Assembly: GCA_028864975.1 (NCBI GenBank)
Contig: JAGWLG010000035.1
Location: 1-38,808 of the forward strand
Length of the DNA stretch: 38,808 bases
From: Thermoplasmata archaeon
GTDB taxonomy: Archaea > Thermoplasmatota > Thermoplasmata > Lutacidiplasmatales > UBA184
Reading direction: 5' to 3'
In this document: in pieces, positions 8,701-18,285 of the stretch
Layout: each line of letters opens with the position of its first letter
Position numbering within the stretch: the stretch's first letter is position 1
Notes under the pieces: model-generated
What the model was told of the DNA's origin: nothing
Database searches by the model: none
The model's input: the letters and a program-made list of their open reading frames with translations, nothing else
Program-made: the position numbers and the translations under genes

Positions 8701-9724
8701 CTTTCGTCCCTCCCTTCTCCACCATGCGCACGTGGTCCCCTCGGACCGTGACCGGGATCGGTACGACGGCCTCGATGAGCTCCACTGTGATCTGTTCCTT
8801 GCCCTGGTCGATCTTCTTCACCCGGGCCTTTTCGCCCTTGAACGGACCGGCGACCAGTTCGACGATGGCCCCTTCGACGAAGCCCTCGACGGTGATCTTC
8901 GGGACGAGGAGCGGCTCGACCTCCTTCAGGGTGGTCTCCCCCGCGACGAGGCCCCGTGCCTTGCGGATGCCCCGCATCATCTCGTGGACCCCTTCGAAGC
9001 TCATCCCCTCGGCGAAGACGTAGCCCCGCAGGGCGCTCGGGACGAGAAGGGCGAAGATGACGTCGGGCTTCTCCTCCGCCCGCGTGAGGAGGGTGTCGGC
9101 GACCTCCCGTTCGTAGCCCCGCGACGTCTTGATCGCGAGCAGCGCCTGTCGGGCCGCCCAAGCAAGCCGCAGCGTCGCGGGCCCCTCGCCCGTGACGCTC
9201 TCGCCTTTCCACCGGGCGGAGACCCGGACCTCCATCCGGTCGCCGTAGCGGACCCCGGGAGGGGTCTCGACCTCGAACGTGAGCGGGACCGGGGTACGAG
9301 GATGAAGGTCGATCGTCGCCTCGACTTTGCGGGCGACGACCTCCTCGCGGTTCTTCCTCCCAGGAGGGATCCACCAGGTCCGCCACTCGGCGCCCTCGCC
9401 CTGATAGGTGGAGGAGTAGTGGATCTCGACCTTGATGACCGCTTCTCCGACCTCGGGACGGTCGGACCCCACGACCGCCGAGAGCGAGGTCGTCGTCCCC
9501 GCGGTGACCTCCCGGAGGGTCTCATCGACCGCCTTCACGGAGAGGTGAACCGGCTGTGAAGCCGCCTGGCGTGGAGCCGCCGCGCCCCCGATCTCCTCCG
9601 TGGGGCGGAGGACCGACTCCTTCGGCGCCTGAGGGAGGGTCTTCGGCGCCGCCTTCTCCTCGCCGGTGAGGAGGCCGATACCGTCCCCTTCCTCTTGGGT
9701 GGCCTTCGGCCCAGGGGGGCTCAC
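8693..9724 (-). CDS. spt5: Transcription elongation factor Spt5 (NusG) with long N-terminal extension
   Basis: NGN domain AIKTSRGYEREVA...LRGYVFAEG, KOW motif VELVAGPFKGEKARVKKID; GTGA overlap with secE. Confidence 0.95.
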   Translation of the reverse strand: MSPPGPKATQEEGDGIGLLTGEEKAAPKTLPQAPKESVLRPTEEIGGAAAPRQAASQPVHLSVKAVDETLREVTAGTTTSLSAVVGSDRPEVGEAVIKVEIHYSSTYQGEGAEWRTWWIPPGRKNREEVVARKVEATIDLHPRTPVPLTFEVETPPGVRYGDRMEVRVSARWKGESVTGEGPATLRLAWAARQALLAIKTSRGYEREVADTLLTRAEEKPDVIFALLVPSALRGYVFAEGMSFEGVHEMMRGIRKARGLVAGETTLKEVEPLLVPKITVEGFVEGAIVELVAGPFKGEKARVKKIDQGKEQITVELIEAVVPIPVTVRGDHVRMVEKGGTKGG

Positions 9725-9981
9725 AGTCCCCCCGGAAGGCCCAGGCCCTGGAGCTGGCCCCAGACCCAGGGGCCCAGGACCGTGAAGAAGATGTAGAGCA
9801 TGAACCCGATCCCGCCGATCAGGACCGCGCCCAGGAAGGTCACCTGTAGGACCTTCACGTACTCGTCCACGTCCGGCTTGCGAGCCATCCGCAGGATGCG
9901 CCCGAACTTCCCGTGCCCGACGTTCCGCAGTCGTCCGTCCAGAGCGTCCTGGACCCTTCGTGCTCGGTCGATGACGGCCAT
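9721..9981 (-). CDS. secE: Protein translocase subunit SecE / Sec61-gamma
   Basis: RILRMARKPDVDEY plus a single TM; between ftsZ and spt5; SD AGGAGGT upstream. Confidence 0.95.
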   Translation of the reverse strand: MAVIDRARRVQDALDGRLRNVGHGKFGRILRMARKPDVDEYVKVLQVTFLGAVLIGGIGFMLYIFFTVLGPWVWGQLQGLGLPGGL

Positions 9982-10003
9982 GTTCGAACCTCCTTTCGTC
10001 CGC

Positions 10004-11146
10004 CTAGCGGACGTGATCGATGTCCGCGGGTCCCTCGGGACGGATCCCCGGTGGGAGGGGCGTCCGAGAATCGAAGAGCTGGGAGGAACGGACCCCCGTC
10101 ACCACGACCATGCAGCGGATCGAGTTCTGCATCGTCGGGTCCACGGCGGCGCCCCAGATGATGCGTGCGGTGGGCGAGACCGACTTCTGGACCACTTCGG
10201 CCGCCTTCTGCGCTTCCGAGACCGTCATGTCCGGACCACCGGTCACGTTGATGAGCGCACCCTGCGCCCCCGTGATGTCTACGGCCAGGAGCGGCGAATG
10301 GAGCGCCTCGTTCACGGCGTCCTCGGCCCGGGTGTCGCTGTCGGACTCGCCCATCCCGATGAGCGCGACCCCTCCGCCCTTCATGATCGTGCGCAGGTCG
10401 TTGAAGTCAAGGTTCACGAGCCCTGGGCGGGTGATGATCTCGCTGATGCCTCGGATCGAGCGGGAGAGCACGCTGTCGGCCACCTGGAAGGCGCTCTGCA
10501 GGGGAAGGCGGGGGACGAGCTGGATCAGCTTGTCGTTGGGGATGGTCAGCACGGTGTCGGCGACGGTCCGCAACCGCTCGAGGCCCACGAGCGCGTTCTC
10601 GCGCCGGAGCATGCCTTCCGAGGTGAAGGGGAGGGTCGCGACGGCCATGACCAGGCAGTTCCCCTGATTGACCTCCTTGGCGAGCTGACAGACCACAGGG
10701 GCCGAGCCGGTCCCGGTCCCTCCGCCGAGCCCGAGGGCGACGAAGACCATGTCCGAGCCGGTGAGGGCCTTCTTGAGCTCGTCCTCCGCCTCTCGAGCGG
10801 ACTGCTCCCCGACCTGCGGAAGCGCTCCCGCTCCGAGTCCCCGGGTGCAGCGCCGACCCAGGAGGATCTTGTGGGGTGCGTGGATCGTCAGAAGGTGCTG
10901 GGCGTCGGTGTTGCAGGCGTAGAGCTCGACGCCCTGGATGCCGTCCTCCATCAGTCGGTTCACGGTGTTGGAACCGCCGCCACCGCATCCTACGACCTTG
11001 ATGTTGGTCTTGAGGCTCGCGAGCACCGCCTCGAGCTCCGCGTCATCGCTCTCCTGGGCCCTTGACGAGGGGGGCGGGGGCGGCGAGGGCGCGGGGCTAC
11101 GGCCCCCGGGGATGCGGGAGAGGATATCCTGGGCCAACGGACGCAT
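10004..11146 (-). CDS. ftsZ: Cell division protein FtsZ
   Basis: [17 protein letters not shown], tubulin signature GGGTGTG, T7 loop NLDFND. Confidence 0.98.
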   Translation of the reverse strand: MRPLAQDILSRIPGGRSPAPSPPPPPSSRAQESDDAELEAVLASLKTNIKVVGCGGGGSNTVNRLMEDGIQGVELYACNTDAQHLLTIHAPHKILLGRRCTRGLGAGALPQVGEQSAREAEDELKKALTGSDMVFVALGLGGGTGTGSAPVVCQLAKEVNQGNCLVMAVATLPFTSEGMLRRENALVGLERLRTVADTVLTIPNDKLIQLVPRLPLQSAFQVADSVLSRSIRGISEIITRPGLVNLDFNDLRTIMKGGGVALIGMGESDSDTRAEDAVNEALHSPLLAVDITGAQGALINVTGGPDMTVSEAQKAAEVVQKSVSPTARIIWGAAVDPTMQNSIRCMVVVTGVRSSQLFDSRTPLPPGIRPEGPADIDHVR

Positions 11147-11154
11147 AGCTACGG

Positions 11155-11192
11155 CTCACCGTTCGCCGGGCGATTCTCGATACGGTATATAT
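11155..11192 (-). promoter_or_regulatory. TATA box (11186-11192) and SD GGTGAG (11155-11160) of the ftsZ-secE-spt5-rpl11 operon
   Basis: tatatat in a GC-rich background, 40 nt upstream of the ftsZ ATG, with an archaeal SD in between. Confidence 0.65.
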
Positions 11193-11295
11193 CCTATCCC
11201 CCGGCAATGGCCGAGCTCCACCCCCGAGGGGGAGCTCGGGTTATCTCGAGGGAGCTGCACCTTCGTCTGACGAGGAAGCTTGGGGGGAGGCCGAG

Positions 11296-12021
11296 ATGCG
11301 GTTCGAGGCTTGGGAACCGGAGTATCGGAGGATCCTCCAGGAGTTCGGGTTCTCTCGCTCCCAAGACGAGGAGAGCGCTGAAGAACTGAGGCATCTCCTA
11401 GAAGGCCTCCCGCTCCGACTGGAAGGAGCGTACGCCGAGGACGCGCTTTCGCGCCGGCTCCGAGGGAAGGACGCCCTGCTCGTGGGGATGGGCCCGGGCC
11501 TCCTTCCGCTGCCGGTCCCCTCGCCCTGGTTGCCTCGGGGAGACTGGGTCGTCATCGCCGCGGATGGGGCGACCAGCGCTTGCCTCGAACGGGGCACTCT
11601 GCCCGCGGTGATCGTGACGGACCTCGATGGGAAGGTGGAGGACGAAGTGAAGGCGAGCGCCCAAGGATCTCTGGTGATCGTCCATGCTCACGGCGACAAT
11701 CGCCCGGCGCTGCGGACCTGGGTCCCTCACTTTCGTGGCCCGGTGATCGGGAGTTGTGCAGGCCTCCCGGGGCGGGGTCTCCTCAACCCCGGGGGATTCA
11801 CGGACGGGGACCGCGCCTTGTTCATCGCCGAAGAGTTCGGGGCACGCCGCGCACTCCTCGCAGCCTACGACTTTGTCCACCCGTCGCGCGAACCTGCGGC
11901 GACCCGACCGATCAAGCGCCGGAAGCTGGCCACCGCGCGTCGCCTCGTGGACTCGGTCGCGCGCCGAGGACGCTTACGGGTGGAGCTGCTGACCTCGGAC
12001 CTCAAGGTCCGTCCGTGGTGA
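11296..12021 (+). CDS. mptE: 6-hydroxymethyl-7,8-dihydropterin pyrophosphokinase (MptE/DUF115 family)
   Basis: W...Y..IL..FGF, IAADGA, IVTDLDG, VHAHGDN, GGFTDGDRA. Confidence 0.88.
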   Translation: MRFEAWEPEYRRILQEFGFSRSQDEESAEELRHLLEGLPLRLEGAYAEDALSRRLRGKDALLVGMGPGLLPLPVPSPWLPRGDWVVIAADGATSACLERGTLPAVIVTDLDGKVEDEVKASAQGSLVIVHAHGDNRPALRTWVPHFRGPVIGSCAGLPGRGLLNPGGFTDGDRALFIAEEFGARRALLAAYDFVHPSREPAATRPIKRRKLATARRLVDSVARRGRLRVELLTSDLKVRPW

Positions 12022-12055
12022 GCTCTCGGACCTACCTGGGGAGGGTGCTAAAGCG

Positions 12056-13897
12056 TCACCCCGGGGCGGTCGAGCTCGCCCACCAGACCGTCTGGTCCCC
12101 GTCGGAGTAGAGGACGACGAATCCGGGACCTGCGAGCCTCGCGAGCGCCGAGGGGCTCATGGGAACGGCCGGTTCGGAGGGGTCGAGGGCCACGCCGCTC
12201 TGGACCATGGTCGCATCGGCGGCCACGACGTCGACCGGTCCGCGCAGGGGGGGATTGGGGAGGTAGGAGCTCTTGAGCTCGGCCATCGCACAGAGGTTAC
12301 GGTCGCCGACGAAGAGGCAGCTCGCATTGTCCCAGGTCGCAGGAGAGCCGCCGGAATCGAAGAAGTAGAGGTCGCTCAGCCGGTGGTCCGAGGCGAGGTG
12401 GGCTCCCCGCGACAGCTCGGTGGCCATCCAGCTCGCCAGGGTCAGGTCCTGCGCGGTGAAACCCTCTTGAAAGCCCACGAGCACGGAAGGGGGAGGATAG
12501 GCCGTGGCGGCGTTGGCCGCCATCAGGACGACCACGGCACCGAGCGCGGCGGCGTACGCCCCCCGACGAGGAGAGGCACGGGCGCTCGCCAGGGCGCGTC
12601 CCACCACGACCGCGACAACGAGCGCCAAGGGAACAAAGAGGTACTCGGGATGTCGGTCCGCCGGGATGGCGATGTTCCCCGTCGCCAGGGCGAAGATCGC
12701 GGAGAGCCCGATCGCGATCATGATCGTGTATCCCGCCGGTCCGAGTCGCGGGATGGGCAGGACGCCCTTGGCCCCGCTGGCGAGAGGTACGTAGAGCACC
12801 GTGGGGGTGAACCAGAGAAGGTCGAGCAGGGTCACCTTGTCCCCCGTGCCGGGGAGTGGGACGAGGAAGAGCAACGAGAGCCCTCCGAAGATGAGTCCCC
12901 CCAGCACGAGAACATCCCGAACCACGTGGGTGCGGTTCGGCCACCGCACGGACCACGCCGGCCAGCGCCCTCGCCCGCCCAGCGCGCGGCGACGTCGGAG
13001 CTCGATCAGCGCTCCCGCCACGACGACCCCAAGGATCCCACCCAGCGGCGCGAGAAGGGGGGAGGACCCCAGGAGCCCTTGGGAGATCTCCCGGGCGAAG
13101 GGAGGGGCGTAGTCGAACCAGTAGACGAACAGCGCCACCGAGAACGCTCCGAGGAACGCGAGCTCGCGGAGCGGGAAGCGACGGCTCCACCGACGTGGCG
13201 CGAAGAGCTCGACGCCCACAACCAGCCCCACCGCGGAGACCAGGAAGAAGTAGGATGAGAGGTGGTGCGTCAAGACCAGCGAGGGAGCGGTCAAGGAGAG
13301 CACGGCCCACCACCGGGCGTCGCGTCGTTGCTCGACCAGGGCCCAGAGCGAGGCGACCCAGAGAAGGTCGCCCAAGGTCAGAGGGGCGGCGTGCGAGAGG
13401 ACCAAGAGCCTCGTCGAGGCCACACCCGAGAGCGCCGCTCCGAGCAGCGCGACCCGGTCCGACGGGAAGAGCCTCCGAAAGAGGAGGAAGAGCGGGACGA
13501 CCCCGAGGGCTCCCAGGATCGGCACCGTGAGCTCGAGGCTGAGCAGGGTGTCCGCGCCGGTCGCTGAAGCGACCGCGGCCCCGACCTCGAACATGCCGGG
13601 GAAGTAGGGGTAACCGAAGCCCCAGCCGTGGTAGCCTTGGAGCCAGAAGCGCTGGTGCGCGAGCAGCGATTGCGAGAGAAGCGCGTACTCTCCGCTATCG
13701 GACCCCCAGGCCCCGAACAGGAGGAGCGGCTCGAGCCCGAGGAAGGTCGTGAGGAGCGCGAGCGCGCCAAGGAGCAGGGCGAGTGCCGCAGGGCGGAGGC
13801 ATCCGTCAGGCCCTCTTGCGACCGACGGAGGCATCGAGGCCGATGCAGGAGGGACCCCCTGATGAAGCCCGCGCCACGACCGGTGGGCTCCCGACAC
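12056..13897 (-). CDS. Multi-pass membrane protein, probable GT-C (PMT/ArnT-like) glycosyltransferase
   Basis: Acidic motif GSDSGEY after TM1, YPYFPG, THHLSS, about 12 hydrophobic segments and a C-terminal extramembrane domain. Start is GTG 13897 or ATG 13834. Confidence 0.65.
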   Translation of the reverse strand: MSGAHRSWRGLHQGVPPASASMPPSVARGPDGCLRPAALALLLGALALLTTFLGLEPLLLFGAWGSDSGEYALLSQSLLAHQRFWLQGYHGWGFGYPYFPGMFEVGAAVASATGADTLLSLELTVPILGALGVVPLFLLFRRLFPSDRVALLGAALSGVASTRLLVLSHAAPLTLGDLLWVASLWALVEQRRDARWWAVLSLTAPSLVLTHHLSSYFFLVSAVGLVVGVELFAPRRWSRRFPLRELAFLGAFSVALFVYWFDYAPPFAREISQGLLGSSPLLAPLGGILGVVVAGALIELRRRRALGGRGRWPAWSVRWPNRTHVVRDVLVLGGLIFGGLSLLFLVPLPGTGDKVTLLDLLWFTPTVLYVPLASGAKGVLPIPRLGPAGYTIMIAIGLSAIFALATGNIAIPADRHPEYLFVPLALVVAVVVGRALASARASPRRGAYAAALGAVVVLMAANAATAYPPPSVLVGFQEGFTAQDLTLASWMATELSRGAHLASDHRLSDLYFFDSGGSPATWDNASCLFVGDRNLCAMAELKSSYLPNPPLRGPVDVVAADATMVQSGVALDPSEPAVPMSPSALARLAGPGFVVLYSDGDQTVWWASSTAPG

Positions 13898-13977
13898 CGG
13901 CTCTGGGGAGCCCGCGCCCTTGCACGCTATCTTTAATAATCATCCATTTTCCGCCCCCGCCGCAGGCAGGGCCGATC

Positions 13978-14364
13978 GTGGTCCCATCCAAAACCCCCTC
14001 GAAGGCCCGCAAGCCCTCGTCGTCCAAACCGGCAAAGAAGATGCCCGCCGCGAAGGCCAAGCCCAAATCGAAGCCCAAGGCCGTGGCGAAGGCCAAGTCG
14101 AAACCCGCGGCGAAGCCCCCCAGTGGGAAGCCCCCCGTGAAGCTGGTCGCTTCCGCGCCCCCTCCCGTCCAGGTCTCGCTTCCGATCCAGATCCTCCTGG
14201 GCGATGAGCCTGCGCGGATCCTCTCGCTCCAGTTCGTCCGAGATGGGGACGAGTTCCTGGCACGGCTCGAGTCCGCCGGTGGCCACATCACCGAGCTCAA
14301 GAACCGGTCCTTGGACCAGCTCCTCACCATGGTCGCCGGGGAGCTCGAGGACCTGCTCGGTTAG
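13978..14364 (+). CDS. Lys/Ala/Pro-rich (histone-H1-like tail) small protein with acidic C-terminal alpha/beta domain
   Basis: Start GTG 13978 chosen because it lies 38 nt after tttaataa (13932-13939); 17 Lys and no acidic residue in the first 55 aa. Confidence 0.7.
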   Translation: MVPSKTPSKARKPSSSKPAKKMPAAKAKPKSKPKAVAKAKSKPAAKPPSGKPPVKLVASAPPPVQVSLPIQILLGDEPARILSLQFVRDGDEFLARLESAGGHITELKNRSLDQLLTMVAGELEDLLG

Positions 14365-15092
14365 GCCTCGCGCGCCCCTTTGACGGGGTCGTGGGTGACC
14401 TCGGTGCTGCCCTCGGCCGATGGGGCGAGCATGACCCCCACCGGAACTGGGACCGATGGCCCGTGGCGCTGGGTCCCCGGTTTCCCAGGGTGGCGAGGCA
14501 GAATGGGGTCGAGCAGTTGCCGCTCTACGACCCATCGGACGGGGTCGAAGGGCGGGTTGCGCACTTCGATGAGCTCGGTCTCCGCCCGAGAGATCGGGTC
14601 GGCGAGGTGGACCTCGAGCGTCATTTGGAAGGCCTCTGGGGACAGCGGGACCTTGTCCGAACCTCCCTGAAGGTGGTGGACCGTAAGGCGACGCGTCTTC
14701 GAGTTGTATCGGAAGTATCGCGGCGTCCGTCCTAGCGTGGCCACGTATCCCCCGACGAGGCTGACGCCCAGGACCGCCGTGATGATCACGATCGGCGCGA
14801 GATCGGTTCGGACCCCCAGGTAAGGGGAGGTGAGAACGAGCGCCATGACCGCCGCCCAGATGGCCACCGGGGCCGCGACGAAACCTAGAAGGTAGAGCCG
14901 CAGGCTACGTCCTACCGCCCCCAGGTTGCTGTAGATCTTCCCCGTCGCTGTCGGCGGCCGCGCGGAGCGGGGAACCGCGACGCGCGAGGGCTCGGGTGGC
15001 TTGGCGAGGGTCGAGCGTTCCCCCGAGATCTCTTCTCGGGCGACGGACCTCTCTCTGGCGATTCGGACGACGCGGGCCCCCTCCGAGCGCAC
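14361..15092 (-). CDS. Hypothetical membrane protein (2 TM plus beta-rich soluble domain)
   Basis: Two clear hydrophobic helices followed by a beta-rich segment; start uncertain. Confidence 0.6.
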   Translation of the reverse strand: MRSEGARVVRIARERSVAREEISGERSTLAKPPEPSRVAVPRSARPPTATGKIYSNLGAVGRSLRLYLLGFVAAPVAIWAAVMALVLTSPYLGVRTDLAPIVIITAVLGVSLVGGYVATLGRTPRYFRYNSKTRRLTVHHLQGGSDKVPLSPEAFQMTLEVHLADPISRAETELIEVRNPPFDPVRWVVERQLLDPILPRHPGKPGTQRHGPSVPVPVGVMLAPSAEGSTEVTHDPVKGAREA

Positions 15093-15239
15093 AGGTCCCG
15101 GACGTCACGCCTCCTCTTGGACCCATCGGGCTCCCTCGGGCTGCCCCCAAGCGCGGAAGCGCCCTTGGAGCGGGGTGGGGCCGCTTATGCGCTCCCAGTT
15201 CTCGACCCTCCGTTGCTCGCTCCCTCCCCTTCTCCCTGG

Positions 15240-16616
15240 GTGCCCCCTGCGGGCGAACGCGAGATGGGTCTCGAGACCTACGCGACGTCGCGTCCCGGGA
15301 CGGGAGGACGGTGGAAGATCTCTCCTGAGGACTTCGAGGTCGACGAGATCTCCCGCTATCCTCTGCCCGACCCCCAAGGCCGCTTCACCATCGTTCGGGC
15401 CGAGGCCCACGATGTGGAGCAGAACGCCCTGGTCCAGAGGATCCAGCGCGCGCTCGGCCTCCCGCCCGGGGCCGTGGGGTTCGCTGGAACGAAGGACCGT
15501 CGGGCTGTGACCCGGCAGCTCCTCTCCATCCCCGTCCGTCCGGAACGTCTCGGGGAGCTCCGTCTGAGCGGGGTCCGGCTCGAGGGGGCCTACTGCGCGG
15601 CCGAGGGTCTCGCGCTCGGCCATCTCTATGGGAACCGCTTCCGACTCCGGGTGGGAGGGATCGAAGGACCCCCCGAAGAGATCGCTGCGAAGGCACAAGG
15701 CATCCTCGAGGAGCTCAGGGCCCTTGGGGGCTTCGCGAATTTCTTCGGTCCGCAGCGGTTCGGAGAGGTCCGTCCCGTGACCCATGTCGTGGGAAGGGCC
15801 CTGGTGAAGGGGTCGGCGAAGGAGGCGGTCGACGCGTACCTCATCGCCGGGGTCGGGGAGAAGGTGCCCGAGGGGCACGAGGCTCGGGCGGCCTACGCCG
15901 ATCATCGGGACGCGTCCCGGGCCCTCCGTGAGTTTCCCGTGACCTTCAGTTTCGAGCGGACCCTCTTGAGGAAGCTCGCGGAAGGCAAGAGCGGGGAGCA
16001 GGCGCTCCGCGCCCTGCCCAGGTCCCTGCGCCAGCTTTTCGTCCATGCCTACCAGAGCTTCCTGTTCAATCGGCTCCTCTCGCGCAGGTTGAAGGAGGGA
16101 CTTCCGTTGGGAGGACCGATACCCGGGGACCGCGTCATCCGTCTCGCCCCGGACGGCCTGGACCGCGGGTCCCTACCGGTGCCCGTTTCGGAGGACAATC
16201 TTCCCGAAGCGTCCGCTTGGGTCCGCTCGGGCCGGGCGCGGGTCGCGGGGGCGCTGGTAGGGACCGAGACCTCGCTCCAGGAGGGAGTCCCCGGGCGGCT
16301 TCTTCGTGAAGTCCTGGACGAGGAGGAGGTCCAGCCTCGCGCGTTCCACCTCCCCGAGGCTCCGGAGCTGTCGAGCCGGGGGACCTATCGGGCCTTCCTC
16401 GCCCCCCTTCCGCTTCGGCTCTTCCCCGAGGGGACGCCTCGGGCGGAGCAAGAGCACGAGGGTGCCCACCCCTCGTCCCAGGGCGGCTCCCTCCGGTTCG
16501 ACCTCGTCCTCGAGAAGGGCCAGTACGCGACCGTCCTCCTTCGAGAGTTTCTCAAGGTCGGCGCCGCGCCGGTGGGCACGGCGGGCGCGCTTGCGAGTGC
16601 ACCGTCATCCTCATGA
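15240..16616 (+). CDS. truD: tRNA pseudouridine(13) synthase TruD
   Basis: PEDFEVDEI, FAGTKDRRAVTRQ (catalytic Asp), GNRF, NFFGPQRFG, HAYQSFLFN, KGQYATVLLREF. Start GTG 15240 preferred over the ORF-track start at 15117. Confidence 0.95.
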   Translation: MPPAGEREMGLETYATSRPGTGGRWKISPEDFEVDEISRYPLPDPQGRFTIVRAEAHDVEQNALVQRIQRALGLPPGAVGFAGTKDRRAVTRQLLSIPVRPERLGELRLSGVRLEGAYCAAEGLALGHLYGNRFRLRVGGIEGPPEEIAAKAQGILEELRALGGFANFFGPQRFGEVRPVTHVVGRALVKGSAKEAVDAYLIAGVGEKVPEGHEARAAYADHRDASRALREFPVTFSFERTLLRKLAEGKSGEQALRALPRSLRQLFVHAYQSFLFNRLLSRRLKEGLPLGGPIPGDRVIRLAPDGLDRGSLPVPVSEDNLPEASAWVRSGRARVAGALVGTETSLQEGVPGRLLREVLDEEEVQPRAFHLPEAPELSSRGTYRAFLAPLPLRLFPEGTPRAEQEHEGAHPSSQGGSLRFDLVLEKGQYATVLLREFLKVGAAPVGTAGALASAPSSS

Positions 16617-16661
16617 GCCTGCCCCCACGTCGTTTGACGCGTGCAAGGGCGGGAGATCGGG

Positions 16662-17519
16662 GTGGCTCGGGTCTCCGCCCGCATACCTACGGGGGTCAAC
16701 GACTTTGACCACATCACCGGGGGACTTCCCGTCGGGAGCGTGATGCTCCTCTCCGGGGAACCGGGGGCGGGCTCCTACGAGTTCTCCCTGACCTCCGCCG
16801 CGACCCTGATGCGGGCCTCCCACCGCCGGGACGTGCGGAGCCTCTACCTGGGGCGCTACCAGGGCCCCCTCGCCCTGCCCGGGCGGGTCACCTTCGTCTC
16901 GCTCACCCGCTCGCGCGAACAGCTGCTGAGGGAAGCGGATGCCGCGTTCCCGACCGAGTACGGCGAGCTACTCTCCGAGCACCTGGATTTCGTGGACCTC
17001 TCCGCCCCCTACTTCTCCGACAGCGTGGTTCCCGCAGCTTGGGCCGAGGCCGAGCGACCCGTCCTCGAGACCCTCTCCTCCCCCTCGCCCTCCTCGTCCT
17101 CGGAGGGCATTCTCGGGTCGCTGACGGCGGCGATGGAGGCTCGCGGAAGGGGCTCCCTGCTGATCGTCGACTCCCTCTCCGACCTCTTGGCGCGCAGTGC
17201 GGTCGAACCGGACGATATCCTCACTGTGGTGAAAGGTCTGCGACGGCGGGCGAAGCAATGGAACGGCCTCGTCTATCTTCTCCTCGCCAAGGGGGTCGCG
17301 GACCCCCGGGTCGAGCAGGGGATCAAGGACTCGGTCGACGGGGTCCTCGACTTCTCCTGGGTACGCCACCAGAACCGATCGGTACGGATCCGGGCCCTGC
17401 TGATCGAGAAGTCGATGCCGCTGCTTGCGTACGTCCCTCAGGAGCTCCAAGGCCGCTTCCTTCTGGATGTCCGGGGCAAGTTCGGGCTGGTGACCACTCA
17501 GTATGAGCGCGTCGGGTGA
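16662..17519 (+). CDS. KaiC/RAD55-like RecA-superfamily protein, predicted catalytically inactive
   Basis: IPTGVNDFD..GG, Walker A degenerate (GEPGAGSY), Walker B LIVDS retained; GGGAG SD before GTG 16662. Confidence 0.8.
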   Translation: MARVSARIPTGVNDFDHITGGLPVGSVMLLSGEPGAGSYEFSLTSAATLMRASHRRDVRSLYLGRYQGPLALPGRVTFVSLTRSREQLLREADAAFPTEYGELLSEHLDFVDLSAPYFSDSVVPAAWAEAERPVLETLSSPSPSSSSEGILGSLTAAMEARGRGSLLIVDSLSDLLARSAVEPDDILTVVKGLRRRAKQWNGLVYLLLAKGVADPRVEQGIKDSVDGVLDFSWVRHQNRSVRIRALLIEKSMPLLAYVPQELQGRFLLDVRGKFGLVTTQYERVG

Positions 17520-17526
17520 CCTGGCA

Positions 17527-18243
17527 ATGATGGCGACGGTACCACGGGTCACGACAGGGGTCAGCGGGCTCGACGAGATGCTTCAAGGAGGGATCCCCCA
17601 GGGCCACGTCGTCCTGGTGCTCGGGACCCCGGGGGTGGGGAAGACCTGCCTGGCTCTGCAGTTCGTCGCCTCCGGGGCCGCCCGGGGTGAGAAGACCCTC
17701 TACCTCTCCTTCGAGGAGGAACCGGACGCTCTCCTAGCAGCCGCCGCCCAGTTCGGATGGTCGCTCACCGAAGCGACGAAGAAGGGGCTGCTCAAGATCG
17801 TCCGCGTCGACCCTCAGGACGCGAGCAATGCCCTCAAGCGGATCAAGAGCCAGTTCCCGCAGGAGGTCCAGAGCTTCGGGCCAAAGCGGATGGTGATCGA
17901 CTCGATCTCGCTCCTCTCCGCCCTTTCCAGCGACGAGGTGGAGCGCCGGAACGTGCTCTTCACCATCGCCCGAATGTGCCGTCAGGCGGGGGCGACCACC
18001 CTCCTCACTGCCGAAGCGAACCCGCTCGCCCCTGAGGTCTCCCGCGACGGGATGGGAGAGTATGTCTCGGACGGGGTCCTGCTCCTCGCCGCCACGGAGG
18101 ACCCCCAGGCGCATCGGGCGGGCCTGGCGATGAAGATCCTGAAGATGCGCAGGACCGGGCACGTAAGGACCCGGCAGCCCTACAAGATCGGCCCCCGAGG
18201 GATCGAGGTCGACGCCCGGGCCGTCGACTTCGGTGGGCTGTAG
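17527..18243 (+). CDS. Single-domain KaiC-like ATPase (active-site motifs intact)
   Basis: TTGVSGLDEMLQGG, GTPGVGKT, LSFEE, MVIDS, DGVLLL, KMRRT; GGTGA SD 7 nt before ATG 17527. Confidence 0.9.
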   Translation: MMATVPRVTTGVSGLDEMLQGGIPQGHVVLVLGTPGVGKTCLALQFVASGAARGEKTLYLSFEEEPDALLAAAAQFGWSLTEATKKGLLKIVRVDPQDASNALKRIKSQFPQEVQSFGPKRMVIDSISLLSALSSDEVERRNVLFTIARMCRQAGATTLLTAEANPLAPEVSRDGMGEYVSDGVLLLAATEDPQAHRAGLAMKILKMRRTGHVRTRQPYKIGPRGIEVDARAVDFGGL

Positions 18244-18285
18244 CCGGGGCCTGCGCACGCCCCCTCTCCGATCCTGCTTCACCGC

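Noticed and set aside
16662-18243. Circadian kai clock
   Set aside because: Single-domain proteins, no kaiA/kaiB, and no two-domain KaiC.
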